Shown here in pieces: positions 38,400 through 50,709 of a DNA stretch of 64,000 nt (positions are counted from its first letter, which is position 1; every line of letters begins with the position of its first letter). Location of the stretch: assembly GCA_002633005.1 (NCBI GenBank), contig NMRA01000076.1, positions 310,001-374,000 of the forward strand, written 5' to 3'. This stretch comes from Phoronis australis (lineage: Eukaryota > Animalia > Phoronida). Below the pieces are notes generated by a model. That model was given only the letters and a program-made list of their open reading frames with translations, searched no databases and was not told where the DNA came from. The position numbers and the translations under genes are program-made.

Positions 38400-38545
38400 T
38401 TAGAAGACACCAAACACGACCGCTTAGGAAGTTGACCACAACGGCGGCCTTAGTATACCGCTCAGGGCACTCGCTTTTGGCGTGTAAATACAAACCTTTA
38501 TCAGTAGGTTTGTAATGAACTTGTGCAGAAAATTCAAATGGAGAA
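38400..38545 (-). mobile_element. Penelope-like reverse transcriptase C-terminal remnant
   Basis: FEFSAQVHYKPTDKGLYLHAKSECPERYTKAAV resembles PLE RT thumb F...VYRKPT..G.YL...S..P..YK. Confidence 0.6.
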
Positions 38546-38761
38546 TGACCCCCCACTGTTCCCGGCCCACTCCTGAGTACCGGTACTGTTTTTAATGTTG
38601 CATTCCTCAAAGTGTTTTCGGACAAAAGTTGAGCCTCTCGCTCGGTTGCACCTTACAGGTGAGGTAACTAATACAGCGAATTTGACATCTTGCACCCGGA
38701 TAGGCTATGTAGACAATAGGTCAGCTTAGAGACTGAAGAACAAATCATGCATAGCTCTCAC

Positions 38762-38854
38762 GGATCTGCCCACGTATCGAAGGATTTGAAGGATGACGGA
38801 GCTGCTATACTTGCGGAGATTTTGAGTTTTATGCGTCCAGTGAGAAAAACTCGC
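38762..38854 (-). CDS. LLTP-like gene exon 2 (putative)
   Basis: ttacag|ASFSHWTHKTQNLRKYSSSVILQILRYVGRS|gtgaga; phase 0/0. Confidence 0.6.
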
Positions 38855-39884
38855 CTGTAATTACAGCTACAGCAGTACAGCTCTCGGACTGCTGTTATGT
38901 TTATAACTTTGAAAGTGTCAACTTACCGACCCCCTGTTATCACTTCTAGTAGTAATAGTAAACATTGGAACTTAACACCCAGCCTAGTATTTTGTACACG
39001 CTATAAATGAATTTTTATAAAATAGTTAACAGTGTATGCGATGACATCGATTTTTTTCTACATCCAATATTTATGATTTTACAAAATAAGTTGACGTGAA
39101 GGTGGTGTATGAATACAAAACTTGTTATAATTTTCATTACAGGCTTTGGTGTTTTATTACAAGCTTTTCAGTTTCATTCATGCACTTTCGAGAACGTCAT
39201 GATATTTTAGTAATAGTGGATATAATAATTTTCCAGGTTTTACAGCTGTATCATATATTATCATATATTGAGAACGATCAGTTGCGCAGTAAATGTCCCT
39301 GTGTAAGTTGGTCATGCACTGAGACTTCACTGGTGTCATCCGTTTAAATAAACACTTGTGAGTAGAACAAGACACAAGATAATGGCATACTTTAACAAAG
39401 TTGGCAACAGTTGTGAAGAGAATCTTAGACATTATTAACCTAAATAAGCAATCTTGTTTATTCATTAATTATATTTTTTAATTTGAATGTGTAAACTGAA
39501 AATAGTCACTACATTGAATTTAACCAAAGTAAACTAATTCTCTATTTTCGTACAAGTATTAAAAGAAACACTCTGAACAAGCTCACTGTACACTTTATAT
39601 GCGTCCCAAAATGAGACTCATGAAGCTAACCAAGGTGACCCGCACAGCTTAGAAATACGCTGTCACAATTTAATTAACTATACTTTTGTCATGGTAGACT
39701 GCAACCTCTAAATCCATTTGACAATTTAGGGCGTTCTTTTGGCTAAACATACTCAGTTAAACGTTTCACACATGGTTGGTTGACAACATTGAAGTGAACG
39801 GGTCAAATACACAGTTGAGTCATATGGCCGTAATTGCGTATTGCTTCAGTTCTTAGAATCCCATGTACAGTAGTCTGTACCTTG

Positions 39885-40300
39885 CAGGGGGCGGATCTAG
39901 GATTTTTAGTCAGGGGGGGCACGGCAGTGCATTAGTCAGGATTTTGCCCGTCAGGCATTCGCACCCTCGAATTGCCAAATGGAATCTGGGGGGGAATTTT
40001 AGGGGAGGGGGGCATGGCCCTCTCTAAATCCTCCAAAGCCCTGAATGTCTCTTTTTGTTCTACATGCGCGCACCTAGCCTTTAATATGGGGGGGCTCGAA
40101 TTTCTGACGAAGTGGACCTTTTCCTCACAAAAAAGCGGGAGTACTAAAAAAAAAACGTTTACCACCTTCAAGAATGTGAAACGTGCGTCTGCGCTTTTTT
40201 AGTGGACTCTTGTCTCGTTTTCTCGCACATTTTGTTTCTCTGAAGCGGACCTTTTTGTCCACTTCGCCAAATGGGGGGGGCTCGTCGCAGCAAATCAATG
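39885..40300. mobile_element. GC-rich non-autonomous DNA transposon fragments (CAGGGGCGGATC-type terminus)
   Basis: cagggggcggatctaggattt...gccaaatggaatctggg..ggggggcatggccc shared with 44661-44827. Confidence 0.6.
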
Positions 40301-41865
40301 TATCCCTTGGCCTTAAAAGTGGCAATCCCAGGTGGTCATCTGGTTATTTCCTACTCTTTTATTTTAGATTCTGTTACATGGAAGACACCTAAAATCTGAA
40401 AAGCTTCATTTCTCTGAAAAAAGCTGAACACTGATGTTTCTGAAGAACTTTCTATAAATGAAAACAATTTGGCTATGGGAAAAGTTCATTAAACTAATAA
40501 AATTAAAACGGACTAAACAGAAAGGAAAGGTCAGAATTCCAACTACTAAACACTTTATCAACTTATGAATAATGAGAACAAAAAAAATTAATAATTTACA
40601 GGCGACATTTAAAAATCTTGTTGAAGAAAAAGAAGAATATTCCACTCTGTATGAAACGTGGACAAATTTAACAGATTATTCAAGCGTAAAAACAAGTTCC
40701 TCGGTTATTCGGACGTAAAGTCATCTATATAGACCAGATTCTTCTGCATTTTCTTCAAACTTGTGCAGCACTACAATATTGTAATTGCGTCATTTGTTTG
40801 GGTTTGTTTTGGTCTATTGGTCTGCTTGTCACCGCTCAAACTATTTCGGATACCAGCTTCATTGTACACAATCAAAAGTATTCATAAAACACCCAAGAAC
40901 GAAACGTCGTTGACGAAAACATGTTCTTAATGTTTATATTTATTTATGCCGGTAAAATCCTAGCTCGTTCGAACCACTTTGCACTTGACCGGCAAATATT
41001 TTGTTAAGCTAATATTTGCTGACCTATAATTCTTTTGTCACGGACTACCCGTATTGTACATATTTGTTGCTGTAGAGTAGGCGAAACTGGCTACCATGAC
41101 CGAAGCTCGACCCCCGCCGTCGGGTGACGTACGGCGGGCACGGAATAGTCCGCGTCCCCGATCCGCGTGCAACATGTGGAACGACAAGAGCAGATACGAG
41201 GCAGGACGCCGATGGAAAAACTTTGGCCACCGTCAGGAACAAGCGACACCTATTCCTGTTGTGAGCTTGTGGGAGTTGATGTAGTTCCTCGCGCATTGTG
41301 AATTTGTGAGGGGAGCTTGTGGGGCTGTTGTGACATTCATGGAGAGGTTGGGGCACCTATACGCTTCCGTATTCTTCAAAATCCGACTTTTCCACCTAAA
41401 TCGAATTGGGTGGGATGGCAAAACCACTGTCATATTTCCCTGGCCTGATTTTTTGACGAATATGGCATATTTTACGTAGTGCACTGCAATCGGAAACTCA
41501 ATGCAGCAGACAACTTGGTGGGAAAGCGATTTCAAGGTATTGAAGCCGGCGGGGTTATTGAATTTTGCGAACATGTGAAGAAAGTAAACTCATTGTCTCT
41601 GATAGTTTGATTTCTTTTATTTTTCATACATCTATTCATCCATTGGTGGCATTTACAAGCAATTGTAATGACCTAATTCTTAACAGCCCTCACTCACGCA
41701 CTGATTCAGGGAACCAAACTTAATGATTAACTTCACTACCTGAATACCACAGAGGACCATCTCGTATTGAATTCTGAGAAGTCAGATTTTTTATTTTTGT
41801 GCAGGTATAAGGAACATGAATAAAGAGACATGAAAGACAAAAAATTCAAGCCATTGTCACTCCCA

Positions 41866-41937
41866 TCACACGCACGCACACACATACGCACGCGCGGGCT
41901 CACGCATACGCACATACGTATGCACACACCTGCACAC
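41866..41937. repeat. Degenerate (CA/CG)n microsatellite
   Basis: cacacgcacgcacacacatacgcacgcgc... Confidence 0.7.
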
Positions 41938-41969
41938 TCCCCTCAACATACCAACCCACTTTAGCCAGG

Positions 41970-44640
41970 AAAAAGTTATTGTTTATTATTCCAGGTTGCC
42001 TGGTATTCATCTAAATTGCCACTATTTAATAAAATTCTACGAATATAAAATTCTCTTTCTAGTGTCTTAACTAAATGACGTAAATCCGGAGATTATTTTT
42101 TATACTTATACACGTAAATAAGATATTTTATTTGCAACAGAATCCAATTTAAAACTTTATTTACGTTACTTATAGGCAAGCCAAAAATCATTGTTTTTTG
42201 TCAATAATCAAAATTGATACGTTTACAGACTAATTCTCCTATCAATATTTTTATTTTATCACTTTCGAGAAGAATGTGAGCTACTGCTACAGTCTGTGAC
42301 TGACAGAAAGTACATCAGAGTCCTCAAAATTATTTTTTAAGAAGAGTCCGTTGTAAGAACCCTATGTAACATTTTAAACTGCAGTGTACGTTCCAAACAG
42401 GATTGGCTACTTCAGTATAATTTTTATATAGTCATTTCCAAAATTTATAATATTTGACTTTACAATCCTTGTTTCAAGTTCAAACATTTTCAACCATTTT
42501 TATTCAGAGGGAACTAGACTTTTTATCCATGAAATTTTTATAGCCTTGTTAAAAATTATATTTATTATATTCACTCCCCCTTCCTCATAAGTTTTAAGAA
42601 AATAAATTAAAATTAATACATCTGTCTTCACTCTCTCATCTTGTTATTCCAAATAAACTTAAAAATGTTTGCTTTCAATTCATTCATAATAATGTCTGAT
42701 GGAGTTGTCATTAAGTGAATAATTTTTGGCACAATCTAGGTTTTTACCACCGTAACTTTCCCCCAAAAAAGAGATTTTTCTTCTAGACCAAATTTTTATA
42801 AGAATTGATTTCATCAATCCTCGCATTGTAGTTGATTTCAATCGTTTTTTTCTAGGTTAACACTGAAATTTATACCTAACCTCGTAAATTCAGTTATGCC
42901 CCACTCTAACTTCCATCTTGCATGATGGAAAACACTTTACAAAAATTTTACTGCCCATCCAAATAATATTTGTTTTGAAATAATTTACTCTCAAACAAGA
43001 AATTTTTGCATATTTACTCAGCACTTCCATAGTATCTTCCAAACTACGCCGAGATCCATCTAAAAAAAGGTGTGTCGTCAGCATACTGAGTATAAATTCG
43101 TCATTTCCTATTTGAATACCTTTAATTTTCCAATCTTTCGTCATCATAGCTAATATTTCAGCACATGAAATAAAACATATGGAGAAAAAGGATCACCTTG
43201 TATACAGCCTCTGTGCAGAGTAAAACTTCTGGACAGAAAATGGTTTTGGACAATGTATGACACAGGACAATTATAACAAGTTTTATTCCACCTCTTAATT
43301 GAGTCCTTCAAATTTGAGATATCCAAAACATATTTTATGAAGTTCCGAGACAAGCTGTCAAAAGCTTTTTCAAAATCTATTTGTAACAACAGCCCATTCA
43401 TAATATCACAGCTCAATCATATGTTTTCACTCATACACCTGCCTTTTATAAATTCCGTCTGATCCGGGTAAATTATATATCCAAGTACCTTTTTCATTCC
43501 TCTAGCAATACACTTGGATACCAACTTGTAAACACGGTTGAGCAAAGTTATTGGTATCCATTTTTTAAAGAATTTTGGCCTTATCTGGCTTTGAAATTAT
43601 AGTTACCACCCCCGTTTTTGCGTGTTTCACATTTTGATTTGATTTTTTCATAGCTTTCTCTTATATGTCTTGATACAAAATAGTCTAAATCTCTCCATAA
43701 AACAATTCATTTGTGAAACTATCTGACCCCGGGCTTTTTTTCCTTTTTTAAACTTTTCAACACAGACCAGAGTTCTTCATATTTATGTCACTAAAGTTCC
43801 ATTGCAAAATTATCGGAAAGCTTATTTATATCAATAAGATTCTCTAATTCACTTTTTCAGGTTTTAACTGTTAACAGAATATTTTTTTTTCGTAAAAATT
43901 CGCGGACACGTCTATTATCTTTTCTTTAACTGTAATTTTTTGCCCACTTTTGCCCACTTTCCAATTCTATTCAATACATAAGTTCTTTATAAAAATGTGT
44001 CGATTATGAACTACGAAAATATTTTGGGCGTTCCCCCTCCTCTATCCATTTTGCCCTGGATCTGACGTAATACACTTTTAATTTCCCTGATCGTATCTCT
44101 GGAATGGCCCATTTTTCTTTTCTAAATCTTCAAAAGTTTTATTATCAACACATTGTTCTAAATTCTTTGTCTCTAAATTCTTTATTTTTCTAATTTATCC
44201 TTTTGACTATCTTTCTTTCTATGAATTTTTACAAAAGGTACGCAACTGTGATTTAGTAACTCCAATTTTATGCAAAAAAGTAATTGTCTATGCGTCAATC
44301 TAGTTTGAAACCACTTTAGTTTCGTGTCAAATATAATGTCTACAGAGCAACAGTGAGTTTTACTCCACCATTCATCAATCATCAGATAATTGCAAATTCA
44401 ACACTTCTTGCCATTTTTGTTTTAAATTTTGTTACTGATATACTAAAACATGATAGATAAACGTATTTGGCTTTTTGAAAAACAAAATGTTAGAAAATAG
44501 TAATAGTGAAATACTAGGTAAAGTAACTTGAAGGACATTAGACCAAGGTATTCGGTAAATGGTGGAGAAAAATCGTGGTCTTTCCAAAAAGTTTCCTAAT
44601 TCATAAACTTCGCCGTAAATGAATTTGGTATTTTCTCATA
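41970..44640 (-). mobile_element. Decayed L1/Tx1-clade LINE ORF2 (RT pseudogene) in intron 1 of the LLTP-like gene
   Basis: Frameshifted motifs in order: VRSRAKWIEEGE, KSPGSDSFT, PITLLN..YK, PDQT.FIKG, LQIDFEKAFDSL, RGCIQGDPFSP, QYADDT, GKVTVVK, GG, LQFKMLHRVLTT. Confidence 0.9.
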
Positions 44641-44660
44641 CCACTTTCTATAATACAAAT

Positions 44661-44827
44661 CAGGGGCGGATCCAGGATTTTGTGTTAGGGGGGTTGGGGG
44701 CAGGGCAGGGTATTAGCCAGGATTTTGCCCTTTTTCATACATTCTCACCCCCGAACTGCCAAATGGAATCTGGGAGAATTTTGGGGGGCATGGCCCCCTT
44801 GAACCCCCCCCTCTAAATCAGCCACTG
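44661..44827. mobile_element. 167-bp MITE with imperfect TIRs
   Basis: caggggcggatccagg...ctaaatcagccactg. Confidence 0.7.
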
Positions 44828-45698
44828 AAAATGTCTTCTACCTGCCAAAATAGTAGAGTTGTACCACAAAGGTTCGTATACAATGTTTTCACTATTTATA
44901 GGAAACTTACTTAAAAACTCTCATTTGAGAGAATATCTATTTCCAGAACACGTTAGAAACATTTTTGACCAGACCTCATTGAACACGTTGCCGAAGCACA
45001 AGTAGTTTGTTAGGTTTTCAAAAGGTTACTTTGGGACAAAATGCTCATCCACAGCTCTTTATCTTGCGAAATTATAAAAGAACTAGTGTAAATCATCTTG
45101 CAGCTTCCACGCGAAAATCTTGATGTCGTTACTTTATTTCAGAGTGTGACTGTTAACTATCGTTGCATGGAGACGGCTACCCAGACAACACAACGTATAC
45201 ACTTGTGAACCGTAGCTGATTAACCTAGATCTCACAAACGCGCGTTTGTAGTCACAAAAGATGGTTTGTTTGCTCATGAAGCTAAACGAGCAGAAGCAAA
45301 TAACGAAAATATTAATATTCAAATGGCTTGTGGTGAAGCACAGGTGACATGTAAGGTAGTTTTACGTTAAATGAAAGTGTCACGGTTTTCCAATTTCCAC
45401 CGCGTATAATCATATTGCACTTGGGGTTATTTTTTCTGAAACCTGTTCGCTCCAAAAAGTGTGGAGGATTTATATTACTGTCACTGTCAATAAAATTGGA
45501 ACTTCGATTTTAAAATGATACTTTGAATAGTTGAATATCAGGATAGGTATTCCTGAATTTCTACACGCCTGAAACTCTGGTATAGAATTCTCTACGTCAG
45601 GAGTACGCTGCCTCTCATAACGCAAGAGTGTCACAAAAGACAATTAACTAACATCAGCATTAACCAGTTGAAACTTATGAAAACTGCGACAAGCTTAC

Positions 45699-45866
45699 CT
45701 TGATAATATGAGTTACGTTCTGTGCCCCGAGTACGTCCGAGTCAGATTTGTAGATGTAGTGATAATCTATCCCGGGCAAAAATCGAACGTCCGGAGATAA
45801 CCCAAAGCCGCATTTTACACTATGAAGTAAGATGCAAAGTGACCAGATTACAGTCACCGATTTCAT
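45699..45866 (-). CDS. LLTP-like gene exon 1 (signal peptide and start of Vitellogenin_N-like beta barrel)
   Basis: gccATG context; MKSVTVIWSLCILLHSVKCGFG...RFLPGIDYHYIYKSDSDV...IIK|gtaagc. F.PG..Y.Y.Y is typical of LLTP N-termini. An in-frame upstream ATG lies at 45884. Confidence 0.85.
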
Positions 45867-46093
45867 GGCGACCAGATGGCCCATAAAATTCTCAAATTTA
45901 AACTTCCACTTTACTTTCGTCGGTCATCGGCAGTTCTTCCAAAGCGTTGCCAGGTCTGACTGCCGCGGCAGCCACTGTCCAAATTGTTCTCTAGCAGTCC
46001 ATGTGTTAACCTTTTTCGCTCGATTGTCATGCATGAATGACCTATTCAATCGGAGCTTGCCACTCAACAAAAAACAGCAACGCGGTCAAACTG

Positions 46094-46110
46094 TTGACGT
46101 CTTTATAAAT
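46094..46110 (-). promoter_or_regulatory. Candidate TATA box (with adjacent CRE-like TGACGTC) for the LLTP-like gene
   Basis: Minus strand atttATAAAGacgtcaa ~235 nt upstream of the ATG; position only, unvalidated. Confidence 0.3.
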
Positions 46111-48079
46111 TAGTATCAAATGTCCACAATCTTCTTTTCTTAGCCACACTCGAAATGTTTTTCTAAGGATTCCCTTGTGTTCGAAAATTTTAATGCTCTT
46201 TTGGTTTTTTGATGTGTCCCGGGATCAGTCCTCCACCTAGCTGTATCACGATTTAGTGGTATCATAGTCTATATATTTGAGGTAGTACTGGGCTCATTTT
46301 GTGTACGAAAAAACATATTATTTTTGCGAAATAATCCAATCATTAGATTTTTCAGTACAGTTTACCTACAGTTATTTTCTCATCTTGCTAAAGCTGTATC
46401 GCGACTATTGATAGAAATTAAGGAAACACCAGTGATTGACTGGATAATTTACATTCCGATTTAAAATATTTCATTCTCATGAAAAATATAAGTTGTTTGT
46501 AGTATAATATATTGTAAAACTTTACAAATAATAACACACTCTAACATTTGCCCATATATTTTAAGAATTTATTGGGAGCAGTCTCTTTCTGTGAGAACAA
46601 AGCTTTTTGCTGGTTGATACTATGACTCATAAATGCAATTTGTGCTGTAGTGACACCCACAGTATAGTTACAGTTATGGAGTCCTTCTCTATTAATTTCA
46701 GTTTCAGTGAATGTGACAGGTGCATTAGCAGTCTACCAAAGATAGATCCTCGGAGGTGTTATACATCAATGTGATTTTTTCAATAACTCAGCTCTACGCC
46801 AATAGGTGGCATTAAAAAAGCTTATGTTTTATTTGATTTGGTCTTAACGCATTTTCTCTAAACCATATTGCACTTTCCTTGTCAGTTTCAAATAATTGAT
46901 TTTTCGCAATAAATTGAAAGTGGATTTTGGTGTGGTAACGATAAGTGTTCCTTTTTCAGTTACAGATGCCTTGCGAAATATTAAGTTACATGGGAATATT
47001 TTGAATGGCACTGAGATGAACAAACTATTCATCTCCTTGTTGATGCATATTGGTTGTCTTCTTCTTTATATCGTTAATCAATATCAGTTTCTGATTGGTT
47101 TGCTGCAGGTCTAAATATTGAAGACTAGTTATAGAACACAACTCTCCAAGATTCTGTTGACAGATTTTGAATGCTATCGTAGAGATGATTAGATCTTTTC
47201 CCGGCCTACAATATTTTTTGGTGTTTTTGCGTGTTCTCCGGTGGACTCACGTAACAATACATCATTGTATGTATAGACTTCATGATACACTTCACAGGCT
47301 CAGTGAAATAATACTATTTGGTACACTTTTTTGCTCAATCTATTTGGAAAGCCCCTGTTCGGCATTCGTTATGAGAAAATCAGTCACGTTCTTTTGAAGT
47401 AACTTATGAATATGTATCTTTTGTAGTTTCTAAACAAGTTTCAACAACAGAAAAAATGCGTTTACGATGTATTGCAATCTTCCAGAGAATGCATGCTTCA
47501 CAAAATAGTTTTTCTAAAGTGAAGACAATTACTTCAAGTATAAGCAGGCCACACCCTGCTTAAACTTAGAGTTGGGAAAAATTGCAGAACCTTTCACATG
47601 AGTTTCAAGAGTCATTCTTTCTTCGCAATATAAGTTTTTGTAAGGCGAACAAGCATAAATTATTCCACGTTTATGCAGGGCCGTGTCCTGCTTAAACTTG
47701 AATTTGGGTGTAAAACAATTGCGAATGCATTCAGAGGAATTTCAAAAGCAACTGAAATGCATTTACAATGTACCGATCAGGACGTTCAGCGACACATGTT
47801 GCCCATGTTTTGCAGGGGATGGGATTCACATTGATGTTGATCCAAAATCATTGGGTAGACGGTGGTTGCCCCTATCCCCGGGTAACGCATTTCATTAATT
47901 TTGACCTAAAAATTGGGTAGAGATTTCCCCCGATCCCGGGGATACGCCGACCTCGTGGGCATTTTGAAGAGCGAGACATTTAGATCCAAAAACATTAACA
48001 TAACTTGTGGCTTAAAAATAAAGCTAAATTGCGAATATAAAATTCATTAAGTAAGAAATGGACATTTGCTTTGCCTTGC

Positions 48080-48830
48080 TTTCTTTCGGCCGCCCCCAAA
48101 ATAGTCCTGACATTACGGTCACTTGCAGACGACAAGCTGCACCACGGACACGGGATCTCGCTACGGTCAACCACGGTCGCGCGGGCGTCTGCCCCGGTTG
48201 TGGCCACACTCATCCACAGCTTGACACGTCTTCTCGTCTGACTCTAGCCGACGTTCTAGCTAGGTCTTAACAAGTCATTGGAAACTTTCATTCTGGGCTG
48301 TCGGAGCAGTTAACATTGAAATATCACATGCCTGGAAATATATGGGGCCGCCACACCACTAACCTCCGAAGTACAGTATAGCCCCCTAGTGGGCGGCGCA
48401 GCACTGAAATAAGTGGGGTATAGCCCCCAGCCCCCTATATGCGATGCCTATGTGACGTACAATGCCGGGACGGTGCAGTACTGAAATAAGCTGGGGTGAC
48501 TATAGCCCCCCCTCCACTGAGCCCCATATGATGCGCCGCCCATGCGGCCGGCGCCTCCAACTCCGCCGGGGCACGGGGCCTGCATTATACTGAGCGGCTA
48601 GCTTGTGCATGCCAGTGTTGTACTCAGTGATCGAGGCCGGGGCCCCGCACGACGGTCTACGCGAGGCGTAATGAATCCGATTCTGACGTAGGAGTTTTTG
48701 TTTCACGACTGAGTGAGGAGGCCCTGGGTAAGTTGTGTATGGGGAGCCAGTCTGGAATTTTCCCTGTGGGTGATGTGGCCCTTTCCCTGGCGCTTGATTT
48801 TTGAGGCTACGTAGTAGTCACTCGTGCCGG
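48080..48830. other. CpG/GC-rich island between the divergent genes (regulatory region or GC-rich transposon)
   Basis: Many CpGs against an AT-rich background; repeated tatagcccc and ctgaaataag words; CTCF-like gccccctagtgg at 48381-48392. Confidence 0.45.
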
Positions 48831-49270
48831 GTTGCATGAAACAGTCCCAAATAGGGACTCAACTAAGTTCCCATAATCTTTTGCGTGTTTGTGTCTTTCT
48901 CATTCACTCACAGAATGTGTTAATCTTTTTTCTACAATTCCATCGTTATTATGAACTCCTCTTTGACTAATGCAATTTTCTAATAATGATTAAAAATTGA
49001 GCCCTGAATTCAATGAAAATAAATTGGGACCTAGTCCTTTGGCTAGGGGCGTTGCATGGAAAGATTCTTATTTATTTTCGTTAAGTACTGTATTGAGAAT
49101 TATTCACGTCAAATTCACTCTCGATTTAATTGTAACAAAACCAAAAATTGACTTAGTAGGCTAATGAAACTAAAAACAGCATATGAAAGGACAACCTGTG
49201 TTTTCACAACTACGCATTAGATTTAGGGAACTTAGTTGAGACCCTATTTGGAACCGTGTTTCATGCACCC
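48829..49270. mobile_element. ~440-bp MITE with ~44-bp TIRs (Harbinger-like termini)
   Basis: gggttgcatgaaacagtcccaaatagggactcaactaagttccc ... gggaacttagttgagaccctatttggaaccgtgtttcatgcaccc. Confidence 0.8.
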
Positions 49271-49329
49271 CTCCCCCCGCCAGCGTTCGCTCAAACCAAA
49301 CTTTGTCACTAGGTGTCGTATCAACCAGA

Positions 49330-49490
49330 ATGGAATTGTGGGTAACAACTGAAATTCAAAATGGCTGCGCGCGGACGGTAGTTGTTTACATGCTGCAAAA
49401 CAATGAAATACGCTGAGGATCCTCCATAGTTTTGCCAAAATATTAATCATGTAATTGGTAGAAATTCACCTAACCTAACCTGTAAGTGTG
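49330..49490 (+). promoter_or_regulatory. Candidate CPLANE1 TSS region / non-coding first exon
   Basis: YY1-like caAAATGGCtg, forkhead-like TGTTTAC and a GTAAGT donor at 49482; the first coding exon has an acceptor before its ATG, so an upstream exon is needed. Confidence 0.35.
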
Positions 49491-49808
49491 AAATCTTAAA
49501 AACCTGTTTCTCCATTTAAATTGGAGTGCGTCACTGTCCCACTGCTTGTCGTGGCGTTGGAGAATTCGCAGACGATTTTTTTTGACAGTCAGTTTGTTTG
49601 TCAACTCAGAATTTTGACCGGGGTTCCATTTGTAGACTTTGGACCTGTATAGAAATCGCTCGATTGTTTACAGCTTAGCAACTTAGTATTGTCATGAAGA
49701 CAGTTCCCTCATTGATGCTTTGAATACTGACAGTGACTGACAGTCATGTCATTATTGACATTGTCATTGTACTCAGACCTAGCCATCCAGCCAGCTAGCT
49801 GTATGATA

Positions 49809-50709
49809 GGCAGTGACCATCGCCTCTGTTGGCCCGACCAGAGGCGATGCAGCTCCTATAGGCACTCCATACGCTGGAAGCTTTTCGGCGAATTATGCCA
49901 AGCACCGACTAAAACATCAAAGTCACGTTGTTATAAATGCCTTTTGCACTTAGAGGAATTAACACCTTAGGAGCTAGGTTGTCGATGTGTTTAATTCCTT
50001 CCAACTCGAACAAATACTCCCGTTATCAAACTTTTTCTTCAAGCAGTGTTCCCTATTTCAGTTCCCAAAATTGTGAACTCAACATTTTTGCACTGCGGAC
50101 GCCAAGAGATATGACCTCATTCTTTTAACCAGGCCGAAGGTCAGAAGTTGCGGTCCTACCGGCGAACTTTGAAAGCTGAAGTCCCCGCCCTCTGCATACG
50201 TGCTGCCGGGAACCAGCCGTGCATTTGCCGCGTTGTTAAACATTTAAATGTCAAATATGTGAACAAAGACTATTAAATGTCATCAACAGCATTTATTTTT
50301 ATCAAATACAAACAAGAATTCATTGAAATACAATCAGTTTCAAGTAATGCCAATGAAAGACAAGTAGTGGTAGCATTTTGGAAATGAACATTTGACTGTC
50401 AAGACTGCAATGGCTTAAAAATTGGAGCGTGCGCAGTATAAAAATGGTGAGTTCACGATTTTGGGAACTGAACAAGTGACTGCTAGAACAAAAAGTTCAA
50501 TAACGGAAGTATTTGTTGGAGTTGGAAGAAATTAAACTCACCGACAACCTCCTAAGGTGTCCCTCTATGCGCAAAAGGTATTTATAACAACATGACTTTC
50601 ATGCTTTAGTTAGTGCGAGGCATAATTCGTCAAAAAGCTTCTGGCGTATGGAGTGCTTATAGGAGCTGCATCGCCTCTGGTCGGGCCAACAGAGGTGATG
50701 GTCATTGCC
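49809..50709. mobile_element. MITE family B, 901-bp copy with ~290-bp imperfect inverted arms, TA TSD
   Basis: ta|GGCAGTGACCATCGCCTCTG...CAGAGGTGATGGTCATTGCC|ta; 49809-50100 pairs with 50430-50709. Confidence 0.88.

Larger units (their letters stand above)
253..45866 (-). other. Gene model (3'-incomplete): giant secreted large-lipid-transfer-protein-like gene (Vitellogenin_N-like + LECT2/M23-like + SAP-like + Cys-rich modules), 32 coding exons in window
   Basis: 32 exons with canonical AG/GT ends and mutually compatible phases sum to 4789 nt (1596 codons + 1) with no in-frame stop. The N-terminus is hydrophobic (signal peptide). Domain calls are by motif recognition. Confidence 0.85.

Noticed and set aside
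40930-41600. GC-richer block with overlapping short ORFs
   Set aside because: No recognisable protein motif or splice-compatible exon; probably an unidentified TE fragment.
46400-47900. Possible transposase remnant in the intergenic region
   Set aside because: Only short ORFs and no motif I can support.
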